Assembly: GCA_002708385.1 (NCBI GenBank)
Contig: PANM01000013.1
Span: 87,359 to 151,358 of the forward strand
Source: Methanobacteriota archaeon
GTDB lineage: Archaea; Thermoplasmatota; Poseidoniia; Poseidoniales; Thalassarchaeaceae
Reading direction: 5' to 3'
DNA: 64,000 bases
Shown: positions 8,484 to 18,897 of the stretch, in pieces
Numbering within the stretch: the first letter of the stretch is position 1
How the letters are laid out: each line of letters begins with the position of its first letter
Translations under genes and position numbers: made by a program
Notes under the pieces: model-generated
What the model saw: only the letters and a program-made list of their open reading frames with translations
Database searches by the model: none
Told to the model about the DNA's origin: nothing

Positions 8484-10499
8484 TCAAATAGACTCATCGT
8501 GCATATCAAATAGTCTATCCAATAGATTCCGATCAACTAAATTTGGAATAGTTATGCCAAGTTTATCGTCTAAATCCATGGCCCTTTCAACTGTCCAAAT
8601 GGCCCCCTCATTTCTAGCCCATGAACGCCTAGCTAATCCATTCAAAACATCCCAACTTATCATTGAATTAATTCTACCTTGAGAATCATCTGAACCATCT
8701 ATCAATAATCCAAATCCGCCGTTAATTACTTCCCCCCAGCCTACACCTCCCCCATTGTGTAAACTCGTCCATGTTGCTCCTCTAAACGAATCACCCACAA
8801 AATTCTGAATAGCCATATCGGCAGTGAACATGGAGCCATCCCGAATATTTGCAGTTTCACGATAGGGACTATCGGTACCCCCCACATCGTGGTGATCTCG
8901 GCCAAGAACTATCGGGGCTGAAATTAATCCCTCGCTGATTGCTCTGTTAAAAGCGCTAGCAATCATTGACCGCCCTTTTTCATCAGCATACAAAATTCGG
9001 GCTTTACTACCCACAACCAAATTGTGTTTTTCCGCCTCTAAAATCCAACGAATATTATCCTGATATTGTGTCTCAATTTCATTAGGACAATTACTGGCTA
9101 ATTCTCTAAGTACTTCTACCGCTATTTCATCTGTAATACTGAGATCTTCATCAGAACCTGAAGTGCATACCCATCTGAAAGGACCGAATCCATAATCAAA
9201 GCACATAGGGCCCATGATGTCCTCAACATATGATGGATACTTGAAGGAACCATCTTCTTCAACAATATCTGCATTAGCCCTGCTTGATTCTAGAAGGAAG
9301 GCATTACCATAATCCCAAAAAACTGTACCTCTACTACATAATCGATTAATGCTTTTTACATGTCTTCTAAGAGTACTATGAACCGCTTCTTTGAACTTTT
9401 CAGGATAATTAATCAACAGAGATTTAGATTCAGTTAATGTATAATCTACAGGCATATAACCACCCAGCCACGGATTATGTAAACTGGTTTGATCACTCGC
9501 TAGGTGTGGTGTAAATTCTATTTCTACCATATATTCCAATAAGTCAACTATATTGCCTACATATCCTAATGATACTGCTTCTTTCGATGTGACAGCGGTT
9601 TTAGCCCTCAATATTAAATCATCCAAGTTGTCATAAATCTCGGTCAACCAACCTTGGGAATACCTTTTCTCGGCTACAATAGGGTCAATTTCCGCAATGA
9701 TACATACGGCACCAGCAATAACGGCAGCTTTAGCCTGCGCTCCACTCATTCCACCTAGGCCAGAAGTTACGTAGACAATCCCGCCTAAATCTGAATCGTT
9801 TGGGACATTGAGGTATTTTCTAGCCGCATTCAAGATTGTAATTGTAGTTCCGTGGACAATCCCCTGTGGGCCAATGTACATGTATGAGCCAGCTGTCATT
9901 TGTCCATATTGCGACACCCCTAATGCGTTCATTTTCTCATAATCTTCTTGTGAAGAATAATTAGGAATAACCATTCCATTTGTTACAACCACCATAGGTG
10001 CATCTTTGTTTGATGGAAATAGCCCTAATGGATGGCCAGAATACATAACAAGAGTTTGATTTTCTGCCATTGTTGACAGATATTTCATAGTTAGAAGGTA
10101 TTGAGCCCAATTTTGGAAAACAGATCCATTCGTACCGTATGTGACTAGTTCATGGGGAAATTGTGCGACTTTTGGGTCTAGATTATTTTGTATCATCAAC
10201 ATAATTGAAGCCGCGGAAAGTGATTTTGCATTGTAATGGTGAATTGGTCTTGCATGGATCTCATATTCAGGCCTAAATCGATGCATGTATATGTGACCAT
10301 AATCATTCAACTCATTGAGAAATTCTTTCGATAATTTATCATGCCAATTATCTGGAAAATATCGTAGAGCATTTTCTATTGCAAGTTTTTTCTCAGAGTT
10401 TGACAATACTTGCGGCCTCTTTGGTGCGTGAGGAACTGAATCATCTATTGTGGCTGCAGGAGGTAAATCTCGTGGAATCCCAATTGTGTAATCTATCAT
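8484..10499 (-). CDS. hutU: urocanate hydratase, long (~670 aa) form
   Basis: GQMTAGSYMYIGPQGIVHGT, GLGGMSGAQ, GRDHHD, HNGGGVGWG. Confidence 0.96.
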   Translation of the reverse strand: MIDYTIGIPRDLPPAATIDDSVPHAPKRPQVLSNSEKKLAIENALRYFPDNWHDKLSKEFLNELNDYGHIYMHRFRPEYEIHARPIHHYNAKSLSAASIMLMIQNNLDPKVAQFPHELVTYGTNGSVFQNWAQYLLTMKYLSTMAENQTLVMYSGHPLGLFPSNKDAPMVVVTNGMVIPNYSSQEDYEKMNALGVSQYGQMTAGSYMYIGPQGIVHGTTITILNAARKYLNVPNDSDLGGIVYVTSGLGGMSGAQAKAAVIAGAVCIIAEIDPIVAEKRYSQGWLTEIYDNLDDLILRAKTAVTSKEAVSLGYVGNIVDLLEYMVEIEFTPHLASDQTSLHNPWLGGYMPVDYTLTESKSLLINYPEKFKEAVHSTLRRHVKSINRLCSRGTVFWDYGNAFLLESSRANADIVEEDGSFKYPSYVEDIMGPMCFDYGFGPFRWVCTSGSDEDLSITDEIAVEVLRELASNCPNEIETQYQDNIRWILEAEKHNLVVGSKARILYADEKGRSMIASAFNRAISEGLISAPIVLGRDHHDVGGTDSPYRETANIRDGSMFTADMAIQNFVGDSFRGATWTSLHNGGGVGWGEVINGGFGLLIDGSDDSQGRINSMISWDVLNGLARRSWARNEGAIWTVERAMDLDDKLGITIPNLVDRNLLDRLFDMHDESI

Positions 10500-10502
10500 T
10501 CA

Positions 10503-11126
10503 CTACCACCCTAGACGGTTTGTAAATATACTATTGATTTCAATTATTGTATTGTTGCATTGATTCAATTTGTGAACGCATTTCTCATCTAAATCTGACT
10601 TTGCATCCCCTTCCAGATATTGTGTATTGATTTTCACGTTGTAAGCTGCTATTTTAGCAGACGCCAATGCCAATTCAGAAGCCGAAGCTAGGTCGGTTAG
10701 TGCATTTACATTACAATTTGGAACTAGTGTAGAAATAGTTTTCAAAAGAATACAAGCATAATCTAAGATCTCTAAGGGGGCTGATGCCGCACCAATTGTA
10801 GCCTCCGTTATCGCTTTTTTCTTGGTCATTGCATCAGTATCCTTGGGTAATCTATATGCATTCATAACTTCATCAAAGGCCAATGCATCATTTTGCGCTA
10901 ACCGGATTGAAAATCCTAAATTAGCATCTTCGGATTCTATAATTTTATTTGCAATGTCGTGGCCATCTATCCATTTTTCACTTTTAACAGTTAATCTGGC
11001 AACCATTATCGTGAGTGCATGAGCATGGGCTAATGTGAGGCCAGCCACAGAACCCCCACCAGGAGTGGGCGCCGAAGAAGAAATTGAATCTAAGACATCC
11101 CTGTAACCATCATTCAATGTGATCAC
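10503..11126 (-). CDS. formiminotetrahydrofolate cyclodeaminase
   Basis: SSAPTPGGGSVA, DALAF..VMNAYRLPK, NVKIN; follows formiminotransferase. Confidence 0.88.
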   Translation of the reverse strand: MITLNDGYRDVLDSISSSAPTPGGGSVAGLTLAHAHALTIMVARLTVKSEKWIDGHDIANKIIESEDANLGFSIRLAQNDALAFDEVMNAYRLPKDTDAMTKKKAITEATIGAASAPLEILDYACILLKTISTLVPNCNVNALTDLASASELALASAKIAAYNVKINTQYLEGDAKSDLDEKCVHKLNQCNNTIIEINSIFTNRLGW

Positions 11127-12150
11127 CTCTAATTGCCCACTCGATTATATTCGAATTAGGGTCAAAATCTTCTAGTTTGTTTAACATCAATCCGTTAATG
11201 GCATAATCTACTAATTCCTGTTCACTAGCGTCCGGATTATTTCCATAATGCTGCCCGGCGGCAAGAATTGCTTCCAGTGGGACTAATCCAACCAATTCAG
11301 AAGAAATTGCCTGTAACCCTAATTTGGATGCTTCAATTCTTATAGCATCCGTAACCTGATGTAAGCCTGTCGAGTTAAAATCTAGTAAATTCATGGATAC
11401 TTGGGCAGTTTTGTCGTCATACATCCATCCTGCTGCCTGCAGATTAGAAAATATCCCGGGTTGCCTCAATGGTTTACCATTTGCATCTTTAATGGTACTT
11501 CCTTCTTCATCTTTAATAAGGTGACCACTAGTTCTAATTTTTCCAGCGATTTGATTAGCTTGTGATTTGTTGTCGGTATTCAAATTCACATTGTATGCTA
11601 TCAATAAATTTCGTCCACCAGTAGCTGTAACTCCCATTTTAGGAGTGAATTGACTTGGTCCATAATCAGGTTTCCATTCTGGTTGGGATAGTTTATCTTG
11701 AAATCCTTCATATTCCCCTCTTCGTATATCCGGTAATCTAACTCTTTGAGTTAATTTGGCAGATTCGGCATAGAGATAAATGGGTAGGTTATGTTTGGTA
11801 GAAATCGCCTTACCATAACGATGAGACAAGTCTACACAATCATCCATAGATACGTTACTTATGGGTATGAATGGAACCACATCAACTGCTCCCATTCTAG
11901 CGTGTTCCCCAGAATGCATTGTCATATCGATTAATTCTAATGCTATTGATGTACATTGAACCACAGTATCAAGTACAGATTCGGGATCACCTACCATGGT
12001 TACTACAGTTCGATTGAAATCCACTCCCATATCAATATCTAATAGCGTGACTCCTTCATTATCGAGTATTGGTTGAATTATTCTGTCGATTATTGTTTTA
12101 TCCCTACCCTCACTAAAGTTCGGTACACATTCAACCAAACGGGACGTCAT
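11110..12150 (-). CDS. ftcD: glutamate formimidoyltransferase
   Basis: LVECVPNFSEGRD, HSGEHARMGAVDVVPFIP, IRRGEYEG, QVSMNL, SELVGLVP. Confidence 0.94.
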   Translation of the reverse strand: MTSRLVECVPNFSEGRDKTIIDRIIQPILDNEGVTLLDIDMGVDFNRTVVTMVGDPESVLDTVVQCTSIALELIDMTMHSGEHARMGAVDVVPFIPISNVSMDDCVDLSHRYGKAISTKHNLPIYLYAESAKLTQRVRLPDIRRGEYEGFQDKLSQPEWKPDYGPSQFTPKMGVTATGGRNLLIAYNVNLNTDNKSQANQIAGKIRTSGHLIKDEEGSTIKDANGKPLRQPGIFSNLQAAGWMYDDKTAQVSMNLLDFNSTGLHQVTDAIRIEASKLGLQAISSELVGLVPLEAILAAGQHYGNNPDASEQELVDYAINGLMLNKLEDFDPNSNIIEWAIRGDHIE

Positions 12151-12188
12151 CAGCATATCCTCGAATTAGATGTTGATGAGGCTTATCA

Positions 12189-13415
12189 TCATCCATACAG
12201 TGCTTCAGGATTGCTCTTTCCTAGGTCTAATCTATTTTCGTTGATAATCTCTAATGCCAAATTTATGTCTTTTCGTGAAATTGAATTTCGATTATTGCTA
12301 ATCGCGTTCAATCCGGCTTCCATAATTAATGCCTTCAATTCCGCCCCACTAAATCCTTTGGTTTGTTTGGAAACTTGTTGGAGATTTACTTCCTTATCAG
12401 TAGGAATTCCCTTGGAAATTATTTGCAGAATATCTAGCCTACCCTCTTTGTCAGGTAATCCGATTTCAATAATTCTATCTAAACGACCGGGTCGCAACAG
12501 TGCTTTATCCAATAACTCCGGCCGATTGGTAGCAGCGATAATTTTGATATTGGAAGTAGCTTCGAAACCATCCATTTCAGCTAATAATTGCATCAAAGTC
12601 CTTTGAACCTCCCTATCACCGGATGTCGAGGAGTCTAATCTCTTTGACCCGATAGCGTCTATTTCATCTATGAAAATAATGGTTGGGGACTTTTGTTTCG
12701 CAAGGTCAAATAATTCACGGACTAATCTGCCTCCTTCACCGATATACTTCTGAGCGAGTTCTGAGCCTACTAAGCCGATGAAAGTAGCAGAGGTGGAATT
12801 TGCAAGTGCCCTTGCCATCATGGTCTTTCCTGTTCCAGGGGGCCCAGTCAATAAGACACCTTTAGGTGGAGTTAAACCCATTTTTCTGAAGGTTTCAGGC
12901 TTATTCAATGGCAATTCAATCGATTGTTTTAATTGGTTAATTTGTTCTTGCATTCCACCAATTTCTTCATACAAAGTATCTGGTTTTTCGATAATTTCTC
13001 TAGACGCCACTAAGGGATCCCAACCATCATTAAGAATGTCGATAACGGTTAGGGTATCCTGATTCATAGAAATTCTAGTTCCCGGCTTTAGTAAATCTCT
13101 ATCAATATTAGAATTGACCGAAACTTGGAATACTGTACCGTTAGAACTCCTGACAATAGCATGATTTTCTGTTAAATCTTGAATGTAACCTACTATGAAT
13201 GGTGGTTCTCGCATTATTCGAATTTCATCATCAAGTCTAGAAATTCGCTTTTTTAATTGATTGATCTCATTCTCTAAGAATAACTTTTCAGTAAGTAAAT
13301 TTTGGGAAGTTTGGGTTAATTCATTGACTTGTTTACGCAATTCTGCAACAGGGGTTTTATTTAGAGAATTCACTCTATCTTCTGAGCCTGACCCTGCTGA
13401 CATGAATATGGACAT
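12189..13415 (-). CDS. pan: proteasome-activating nucleotidase (start uncertain)
   Basis: N-terminal coiled coil, OB fold, GPPGTGKT, IFIDEID, LLRPGRLDR, C-terminal HbYX (LYG). Confidence 0.94.
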   Translation of the reverse strand: MSIFMSAGSGSEDRVNSLNKTPVAELRKQVNELTQTSQNLLTEKLFLENEINQLKKRISRLDDEIRIMREPPFIVGYIQDLTENHAIVRSSNGTVFQVSVNSNIDRDLLKPGTRISMNQDTLTVIDILNDGWDPLVASREIIEKPDTLYEEIGGMQEQINQLKQSIELPLNKPETFRKMGLTPPKGVLLTGPPGTGKTMMARALANSTSATFIGLVGSELAQKYIGEGGRLVRELFDLAKQKSPTIIFIDEIDAIGSKRLDSSTSGDREVQRTLMQLLAEMDGFEATSNIKIIAATNRPELLDKALLRPGRLDRIIEIGLPDKEGRLDILQIISKGIPTDKEVNLQQVSKQTKGFSGAELKALIMEAGLNAISNNRNSISRKDINLALEIINENRLDLGKSNPEALYG

Positions 13416-13478
13416 GTTCCCCATGTTTTGACATTTACCTCGCGAAGATATGATGACTGAGTACCGTTTCGCATACAT

Positions 13479-13967
13479 GTGTCTGATTGCGAACTATGTG
13501 GGTCAAACCAGGTTTCTACATACCGCACAAAAGCTTCTGGGGCAGTAATCTATGCTTGTATGAGATGTATTGAAAAATTGGGTCTAGACAAACCAATTTT
13601 GACCAACAATCGCCCTATTACCCCTAATCATAACCGATTAAAAGTCACACCTAGAAATGATATAATGAAGAAATCAGAAAAGGAATTAGCACATGATTTT
13701 CACATTAGAATCCGGAAGGCTAGGGAATCAAAAGGCTGGGAACAAAGAGAATTTGCAAGGAGGATGAACGAACGATTGAATATTGTTCAAAGGACGGAAA
13801 ATGGCAATCGCCCTCCAGACAATTTAATAAAAAAAATAGAGAAGGTGCTGGATATCGAATTAATGGTTGATTCTGAGCCATCTAATACCAGACAAACATC
13901 AACTGGCACTTCCCGAAACATGACCATTGGGGACGCTTACGACGATCTGTTTTCACGGAGAGAATGA
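13479..13967 (+). CDS. mbf1: archaeal multiprotein bridging factor aMBF1
   Basis: CELCG...CMRC Zn ribbon, IRKARE Cro-HTH, C-terminal MTIGD; adjacent to pan. Confidence 0.88.
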   Translation: MSDCELCGSNQVSTYRTKASGAVIYACMRCIEKLGLDKPILTNNRPITPNHNRLKVTPRNDIMKKSEKELAHDFHIRIRKARESKGWEQREFARRMNERLNIVQRTENGNRPPDNLIKKIEKVLDIELMVDSEPSNTRQTSTGTSRNMTIGDAYDDLFSRRE

Positions 13968-13968
13968 C

Positions 13969-14508
13969 TTGGAAGATATACCACTACATGTCATACATCT
14001 AGCTCAAGATGACCCCAAAAAGTGTACTAGTAGGAAATTATCGAGAAATGGGTTGTGTCATTTACACACAAACCTGCGACAAGCACCAAAGAGAGGGCTG
14101 TTACTAGACCCTCTATCTGGTGTTCTAATTGGGCCCGAGGATTATAATACTCTCAAAAGAGGAGCCGCAATTGTAAGTCTAGATTGTTCATGGAAGGAAA
14201 TAGATAATTCTATTAAATATCTTAATGAAAAAACAAATTTAGACAACAGAACATTACCTGTAGTACTAGCTGCAAACCCAATTTCATGGGGAAAACCGGG
14301 GAGACTTTCTAATGTCGAGGCGTTCGCAGTTTCATTAATTATTTTTGAACAATGGGAACAAGCTAGGTCTATACTACAGCCATTCAAGTTCGGAGATGAA
14401 TTCTTTAATCTAAATCGACTACCCTTAGAGGCATACTCACAGGCCAAATCGAATACAGAATTAGCTGAATTACAGTGGGAATTTTTCGACAAACCTGAGC
14501 ACGTTTAA
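13969..14508 (+). CDS. tsr3: 16S rRNA aminocarboxypropyltransferase Tsr3 (DUF367)
   Basis: QDDPKKCTSRKL, LDCSW, RTLP..LAANP..WGK...LS..EA, F.FG..F..LN. Confidence 0.92.
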   Translation: MEDIPLHVIHLAQDDPKKCTSRKLSRNGLCHLHTNLRQAPKRGLLLDPLSGVLIGPEDYNTLKRGAAIVSLDCSWKEIDNSIKYLNEKTNLDNRTLPVVLAANPISWGKPGRLSNVEAFAVSLIIFEQWEQARSILQPFKFGDEFFNLNRLPLEAYSQAKSNTELAELQWEFFDKPEHV

Positions 14509-16643
14509 CGAACTCCGGAACCAGGCCCGATATCTCCGTCAGTAGTAAGGAGGGTTACGTTACCCTCTGAATCCTCTGCTGCTAACATCATGCCTTCTGA
14601 CATTATACCACGTAGTTTTCTAGGTTTCAAATTAGCCACAAATACTACTGACTTACCTACTAAATCTTCTACAGAATAATATGATTTTAAACCCGCACAA
14701 ACAGTTCTTGTCGACTCTGGTCCATCTTCTATAGTAACTACATATAATTTATCCGCATTAGGATGATTTTCAACGGATAATACCCTGCCAGTTTTCATTT
14801 CTACTTTCATAAAATCCTCGAATTCGATGTAATCCACTTCCTCTTTTGGCGGTTCCGCCAAGGCACTCTCTCTATTGAGTATTTCATCGATATCTAATTT
14901 TGTAAAAAGTGCTACAGGCTTGTTACCAAACCAATTCAATGGTCTTTCTAAATCAGCTGCGGAATCCCACAATTTGTCACTGAGTTTGTCGGATTCACCT
15001 AATTGTAACCACAATTTTTCAGCTTGGAATGGCATAAACGGGTATGTTAGAATTGCCAAAGCTTGGCAGGCTCTCCAACAAGCAGATAATGCACTTAGTG
15101 AACGATTCCTTTCTACTGAATCTTCATGTTTCATGTACGCCCAAGGTTCCGCCTGTTGAAGATATGAATTACCTGCTTGAGAGATGTTCATTATATGTCT
15201 CAATGCTTCTTTGAACCTCTGCCTTTCCATCGATTCAATAGCAGAACTGATAGAACTAGAAATTAATTCATAAAATTTGGAATGGTCACTCTCATTGTCG
15301 AATTCTATCAGTGGATTAATGCCCGAATTGGTTAATCGATTCGTTAAGGTTAGTACTCGGTGTACGAAATTACCATAATTGCCTATTAATTCATTATTTA
15401 CACGCTCTACATAATCCTCCCATCTAAAATCTGTATCATGTCCTTCTGGCATATTTATTGTAAGGTAATACCTTAGTGTATCCGGATCATATCTTTCTAG
15501 AAACGCTGGCAACCAAACTCCATGTTTTCTAGACTTACTAAATTGGCCCCCTTGTAACATTAAATATTCATTAGCGGCTACATTATCTTCGAGATGTAAC
15601 TGTTTATCTGTGTCTCTAGATTTATTCAATCCCATTAAGATTGCAGGCCAAATTATTGTGTGGAATGGAATGTTGTCCTTACCCATAAAATAGATATGTT
15701 TCAAATCTTGATTATCCTTCTTTATCCACCAATTTTCCCAAGCATTGTTGGAGTCAGGATGCTCAATAGCATATTTTTCAGCCCAAATTCTAGCGGTTGT
15801 ATAGTATCCTTGAACTGCTTCAAACCAAACATAAATTCTCTTATTCTCCCATTCTTTATCGTTAATGGGTACTTCAATACCCCATTCTAAATCTCTAGTT
15901 ATCGCTCTTGGCCGAAGACCCATATTGAGCCAATTTTTAGTCATCGCCTTGACATTCGGTTTCCATACAGTCTTTCTATCGCTTGAGTGATCTTCAAGGT
16001 CACTTTGAAAGATATCTAATCTGTAAAACAAATGGTCTGTATCTCGGATTTCTATTGCTGCATCAGGATTAGACTTAGATCTGGGTGTTTTCAATTCGTG
16101 AGCTTCGTAAGTAGATCCACAAGAATCACATTGATCCCCACGTGCATCGGGATTGCCACAATTAGGGCAGGTGCCCAAAACATACCTATCTGGTAGAAAC
16201 TTGACTTGATTATTTCCGTTGATTTCACAGTATTGTTGCATAGTTTGTTTTTCCAATAATCCTGCTTTATAGAGATCTAGAAATACCTCTTGTACGATTT
16301 CTTTATGCCGAGGGTCAGTTGTCCTATTGTAAAGAGCTCCACCAAATTCTATCCCCCTAGGATCTACATTTTCATTCCATGAACATCCTAAATCAGCTAA
16401 TGCCTTGGAATTAACAGTGTGGAATTCGTCTACAACATCTTGAGGGGAAATTCCTGCTTCTTCAGCAGTTACTGTGATTGGAGTACCGTGTTCATCTGAA
16501 CCGCTTAGCATCAATACTCTACGGCCCATGGCCCTCTCGTACTTGTACTGAATATCTGCAGGTAGAGAATTACCTGCAACATGACCTAGGTGTAAGGGCC
16601 CATTTGCATAAGGCCATGCCATGAATATAGTGGTAAATTCCAT
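14505..16643 (-). CDS. metG: methionyl-tRNA synthetase with C-terminal tRNA-binding domain
   Basis: AWPYANGPLHLGH, GSDEHG, Zn knuckle, GKDNIPFH, QFSKS, SEGMMLAA. Confidence 0.97.
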   Translation of the reverse strand: MEFTTIFMAWPYANGPLHLGHVAGNSLPADIQYKYERAMGRRVLMLSGSDEHGTPITVTAEEAGISPQDVVDEFHTVNSKALADLGCSWNENVDPRGIEFGGALYNRTTDPRHKEIVQEVFLDLYKAGLLEKQTMQQYCEINGNNQVKFLPDRYVLGTCPNCGNPDARGDQCDSCGSTYEAHELKTPRSKSNPDAAIEIRDTDHLFYRLDIFQSDLEDHSSDRKTVWKPNVKAMTKNWLNMGLRPRAITRDLEWGIEVPINDKEWENKRIYVWFEAVQGYYTTARIWAEKYAIEHPDSNNAWENWWIKKDNQDLKHIYFMGKDNIPFHTIIWPAILMGLNKSRDTDKQLHLEDNVAANEYLMLQGGQFSKSRKHGVWLPAFLERYDPDTLRYYLTINMPEGHDTDFRWEDYVERVNNELIGNYGNFVHRVLTLTNRLTNSGINPLIEFDNESDHSKFYELISSSISSAIESMERQRFKEALRHIMNISQAGNSYLQQAEPWAYMKHEDSVERNRSLSALSACWRACQALAILTYPFMPFQAEKLWLQLGESDKLSDKLWDSAADLERPLNWFGNKPVALFTKLDIDEILNRESALAEPPKEEVDYIEFEDFMKVEMKTGRVLSVENHPNADKLYVVTIEDGPESTRTVCAGLKSYYSVEDLVGKSVVFVANLKPRKLRGIMSEGMMLAAEDSEGNVTLLTTDGDIGPGSGVR

Positions 16644-16801
16644 ACACGAATACCTCTGACTATTGCTAGTATTGTGTCTTCCGAACTCCATCATATTTAT
16701 GGCTGCATCCCCATTACAGAAGTCGGAGCACGTACATCTGTGACACACTACGTACTTAACTCGAAATTAGATTCTGCTCGGAATCTAGAGGTGATTAATC
16801 C

Positions 16802-17872
16802 TTGAATCCGTGGACACTATTAACACTCTACGCTATTCTTGCGATTGGAGTATCTTTCCTTTGTAGCATACTAGAAGCTGTCTTACTCTCCACAACAAGA
16901 GGGCACGTAGTAAGTATGACCGAATCTCATCCAAAAAGCAGTAAACTATGGATAGGATACAAAGACGACCCCGAAAAACCCCTTACAGCTATCCTTACTC
17001 TAAACACAATCGCTCACACAGTTGGCGCACTAGGGGTAGGTAGTCAGATCGCTAGAATTTACGCAGATGATACTGATTATGACCTGATTCACGGAGTAGC
17101 TTCGGCAATTCTAACATTAGGTGTGTTGTTATTTTCTGAGATTTTGCCAAAAACCGTTGGTACATTATATTGGAGAAAACTCACAGTTTCATCTGGATAC
17201 ATGCTTAGAATCTTGATCGTTTCGTCCTGGATAATTGTAAGACCTGTAGAGATAATTCGAGCAATGCTACCTGCAGTAGAAACCGAGACAGTGACTAGAG
17301 ATGAGTTATCTGTACTTGCCGATATAGCAGAGGAATCGGATATCATTGAAGAAGATGAAGAAGCAGTAATTCAAAACCTGCTAAAGTTAAGAGATTTAGA
17401 AGTTCAGAAAATTATGACTCCTAGAGTTGTAGTAGTCCACGTGTCAGCAACTGAAACAGTCCGAGAAGTTTTGGATAGGCTACCCATCATGATTTACGGA
17501 AGAATGCCAGTTGTGGGTGGTGGCATAGACAACGTTACAGGATTGGTATTACGAAGTGAGATTCTTAGAAGAGCAGCCGCAGATGAATTTGATACAACTA
17601 TGGCGGATATATCTAGAGAAGCAGTTACATGCAGATACGATGATTCCGTCGATAAGGCATTAGATATTCTGTTAGAAAACAAATCACAAATTATGATCGT
17701 TCGGGATGACTTCGGAGGAACTGTAGGTCTGGTTACTATGGAAGACGTTATTGAGACCTTACTTGGTGTAGAGATTGTTGATGAAGAAGACCAGGATGCT
17801 ATCGAGGAAGGAGCCGCTACTGAAGACCTTCGAGAACTGGCTATGAGGCGTAATAACGATAGTGAAGAGTAG
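16802..17872 (+). CDS. CNNM/DUF21 + CBS membrane protein (CorC/HlyC family)
   Basis: SFLCSILEAVLLS, ILTLNTIAHTVGA, SEILPKT, IMTPR, GLVTMEDVIETLLG.EIVDE. Confidence 0.9.
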   Translation: MNPWTLLTLYAILAIGVSFLCSILEAVLLSTTRGHVVSMTESHPKSSKLWIGYKDDPEKPLTAILTLNTIAHTVGALGVGSQIARIYADDTDYDLIHGVASAILTLGVLLFSEILPKTVGTLYWRKLTVSSGYMLRILIVSSWIIVRPVEIIRAMLPAVETETVTRDELSVLADIAEESDIIEEDEEAVIQNLLKLRDLEVQKIMTPRVVVVHVSATETVREVLDRLPIMIYGRMPVVGGGIDNVTGLVLRSEILRRAAADEFDTTMADISREAVTCRYDDSVDKALDILLENKSQIMIVRDDFGGTVGLVTMEDVIETLLGVEIVDEEDQDAIEEGAATEDLRELAMRRNNDSEE

Positions 17873-17953
17873 TAATCTCTCATTAGAATGTATTACTTAC
17901 TGTAACAATCACTATTTGTATATGTATATGCGTCAAGTACTAGTCAATCATTT

Positions 17954-18073
17954 ATGATTAAACAAATACCGCTAGGAAGTCAAGGGTTCGTTACCTCTGA
18001 ACAGGGATTAGGAATGATGTCAATAGGAATCAGTGATTGTGAACCTAGTATTCAAAATAACCCAAATCGTTAG
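17954..18073 (+). pseudogene. 5' remnant of an aldo/keto reductase gene
   Basis: MIKQIPLGSQGFVTSEQGLGMMSIG resembles AKR N-terminus (LGSQG.VS.QGLGCM); stops after 39 aa. Confidence 0.55.
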
Positions 18074-18075
18074 AA

Positions 18076-18876
18076 TCATTCTGAGCTTTCTTGCTCGTCA
18101 AGGAATCCTTTAGATTCAGTCCAATCACTAACGCTCTCTAAGCGCTTTAGCCATCCCTTGGCATTAGTTGATTTGGTGGTTTTAACTAACCATACACCAC
18201 CGAATATTGTATCCCATAGCCCTAAGTCGCCTCGAAGCCTGTACATGATATAATCAATTAACGGAGGAAACAAAAGTAAAACACCGACGGCGGAGAATAT
18301 CTTCCCAGTTGTAGAAGATGGAATTTCACTCGTCAATGTAAAAATTGTAATTATACCTATAATGACTAGTGGGAATGTTAAGCCTTTGATAGTTAGGAAA
18401 ATTGCGAATGGTGGCTCACCTCTGCTGTTGACGTATTGAGTTCTGCTGACCCAATTACCCACTGTACGCTTACGAGCGTAATTCGGCATAAAACCCAGAT
18501 TGAAACAAATTAGAACTATCCCCAGTATTACAAAGATGGTTGGATTAATATTTGCTCCCCAAGCCGAAACCGCCAGTAGTGGTATGGTCCAACCATAACT
18601 GATTATGAAGTCGAAAAATCTTCTAACGAATTTTTGACCTGTCGTTGCCATTTCATAGCCATCAGGAAGTTCCTTTTTGACTCTAGGCGTTCGAGGTTTC
18701 TTTTCTTTAACGGGTTTAGTTTTCTTTGGTTTGGCAGCCGTTTTGGCTTTGGCAGGTTTAGGTTTTGCAGCTTTGGCAGGTTTAGCCTTGGCTACAGCTT
18801 TAGTCGGTTGAATGCCTTTTGTTTCAGGTGGTTTATTCTCAACCTCAACATTACCGGCTTTTTCTAATAATCCCAA
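18076..18876 (-). CDS. RDD-like membrane protein with Ala/Lys/Pro-rich N-terminus
   Basis: AT.GQKF.RRFFD, RTVG, LWD.IFG motifs resembling RDD; ~4 TM segments. Confidence 0.65.
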   Translation of the reverse strand: MGLLEKAGNVEVENKPPETKGIQPTKAVAKAKPAKAAKPKPAKAKTAAKPKKTKPVKEKKPRTPRVKKELPDGYEMATTGQKFVRRFFDFIISYGWTIPLLAVSAWGANINPTIFVILGIVLICFNLGFMPNYARKRTVGNWVSRTQYVNSRGEPPFAIFLTIKGLTFPLVIIGIITIFTLTSEIPSSTTGKIFSAVGVLLLFPPLIDYIMYRLRGDLGLWDTIFGGVWLVKTTKSTNAKGWLKRLESVSDWTESKGFLDEQESSE

Positions 18877-18897
18877 AATATCATCTCCATAACTGCT

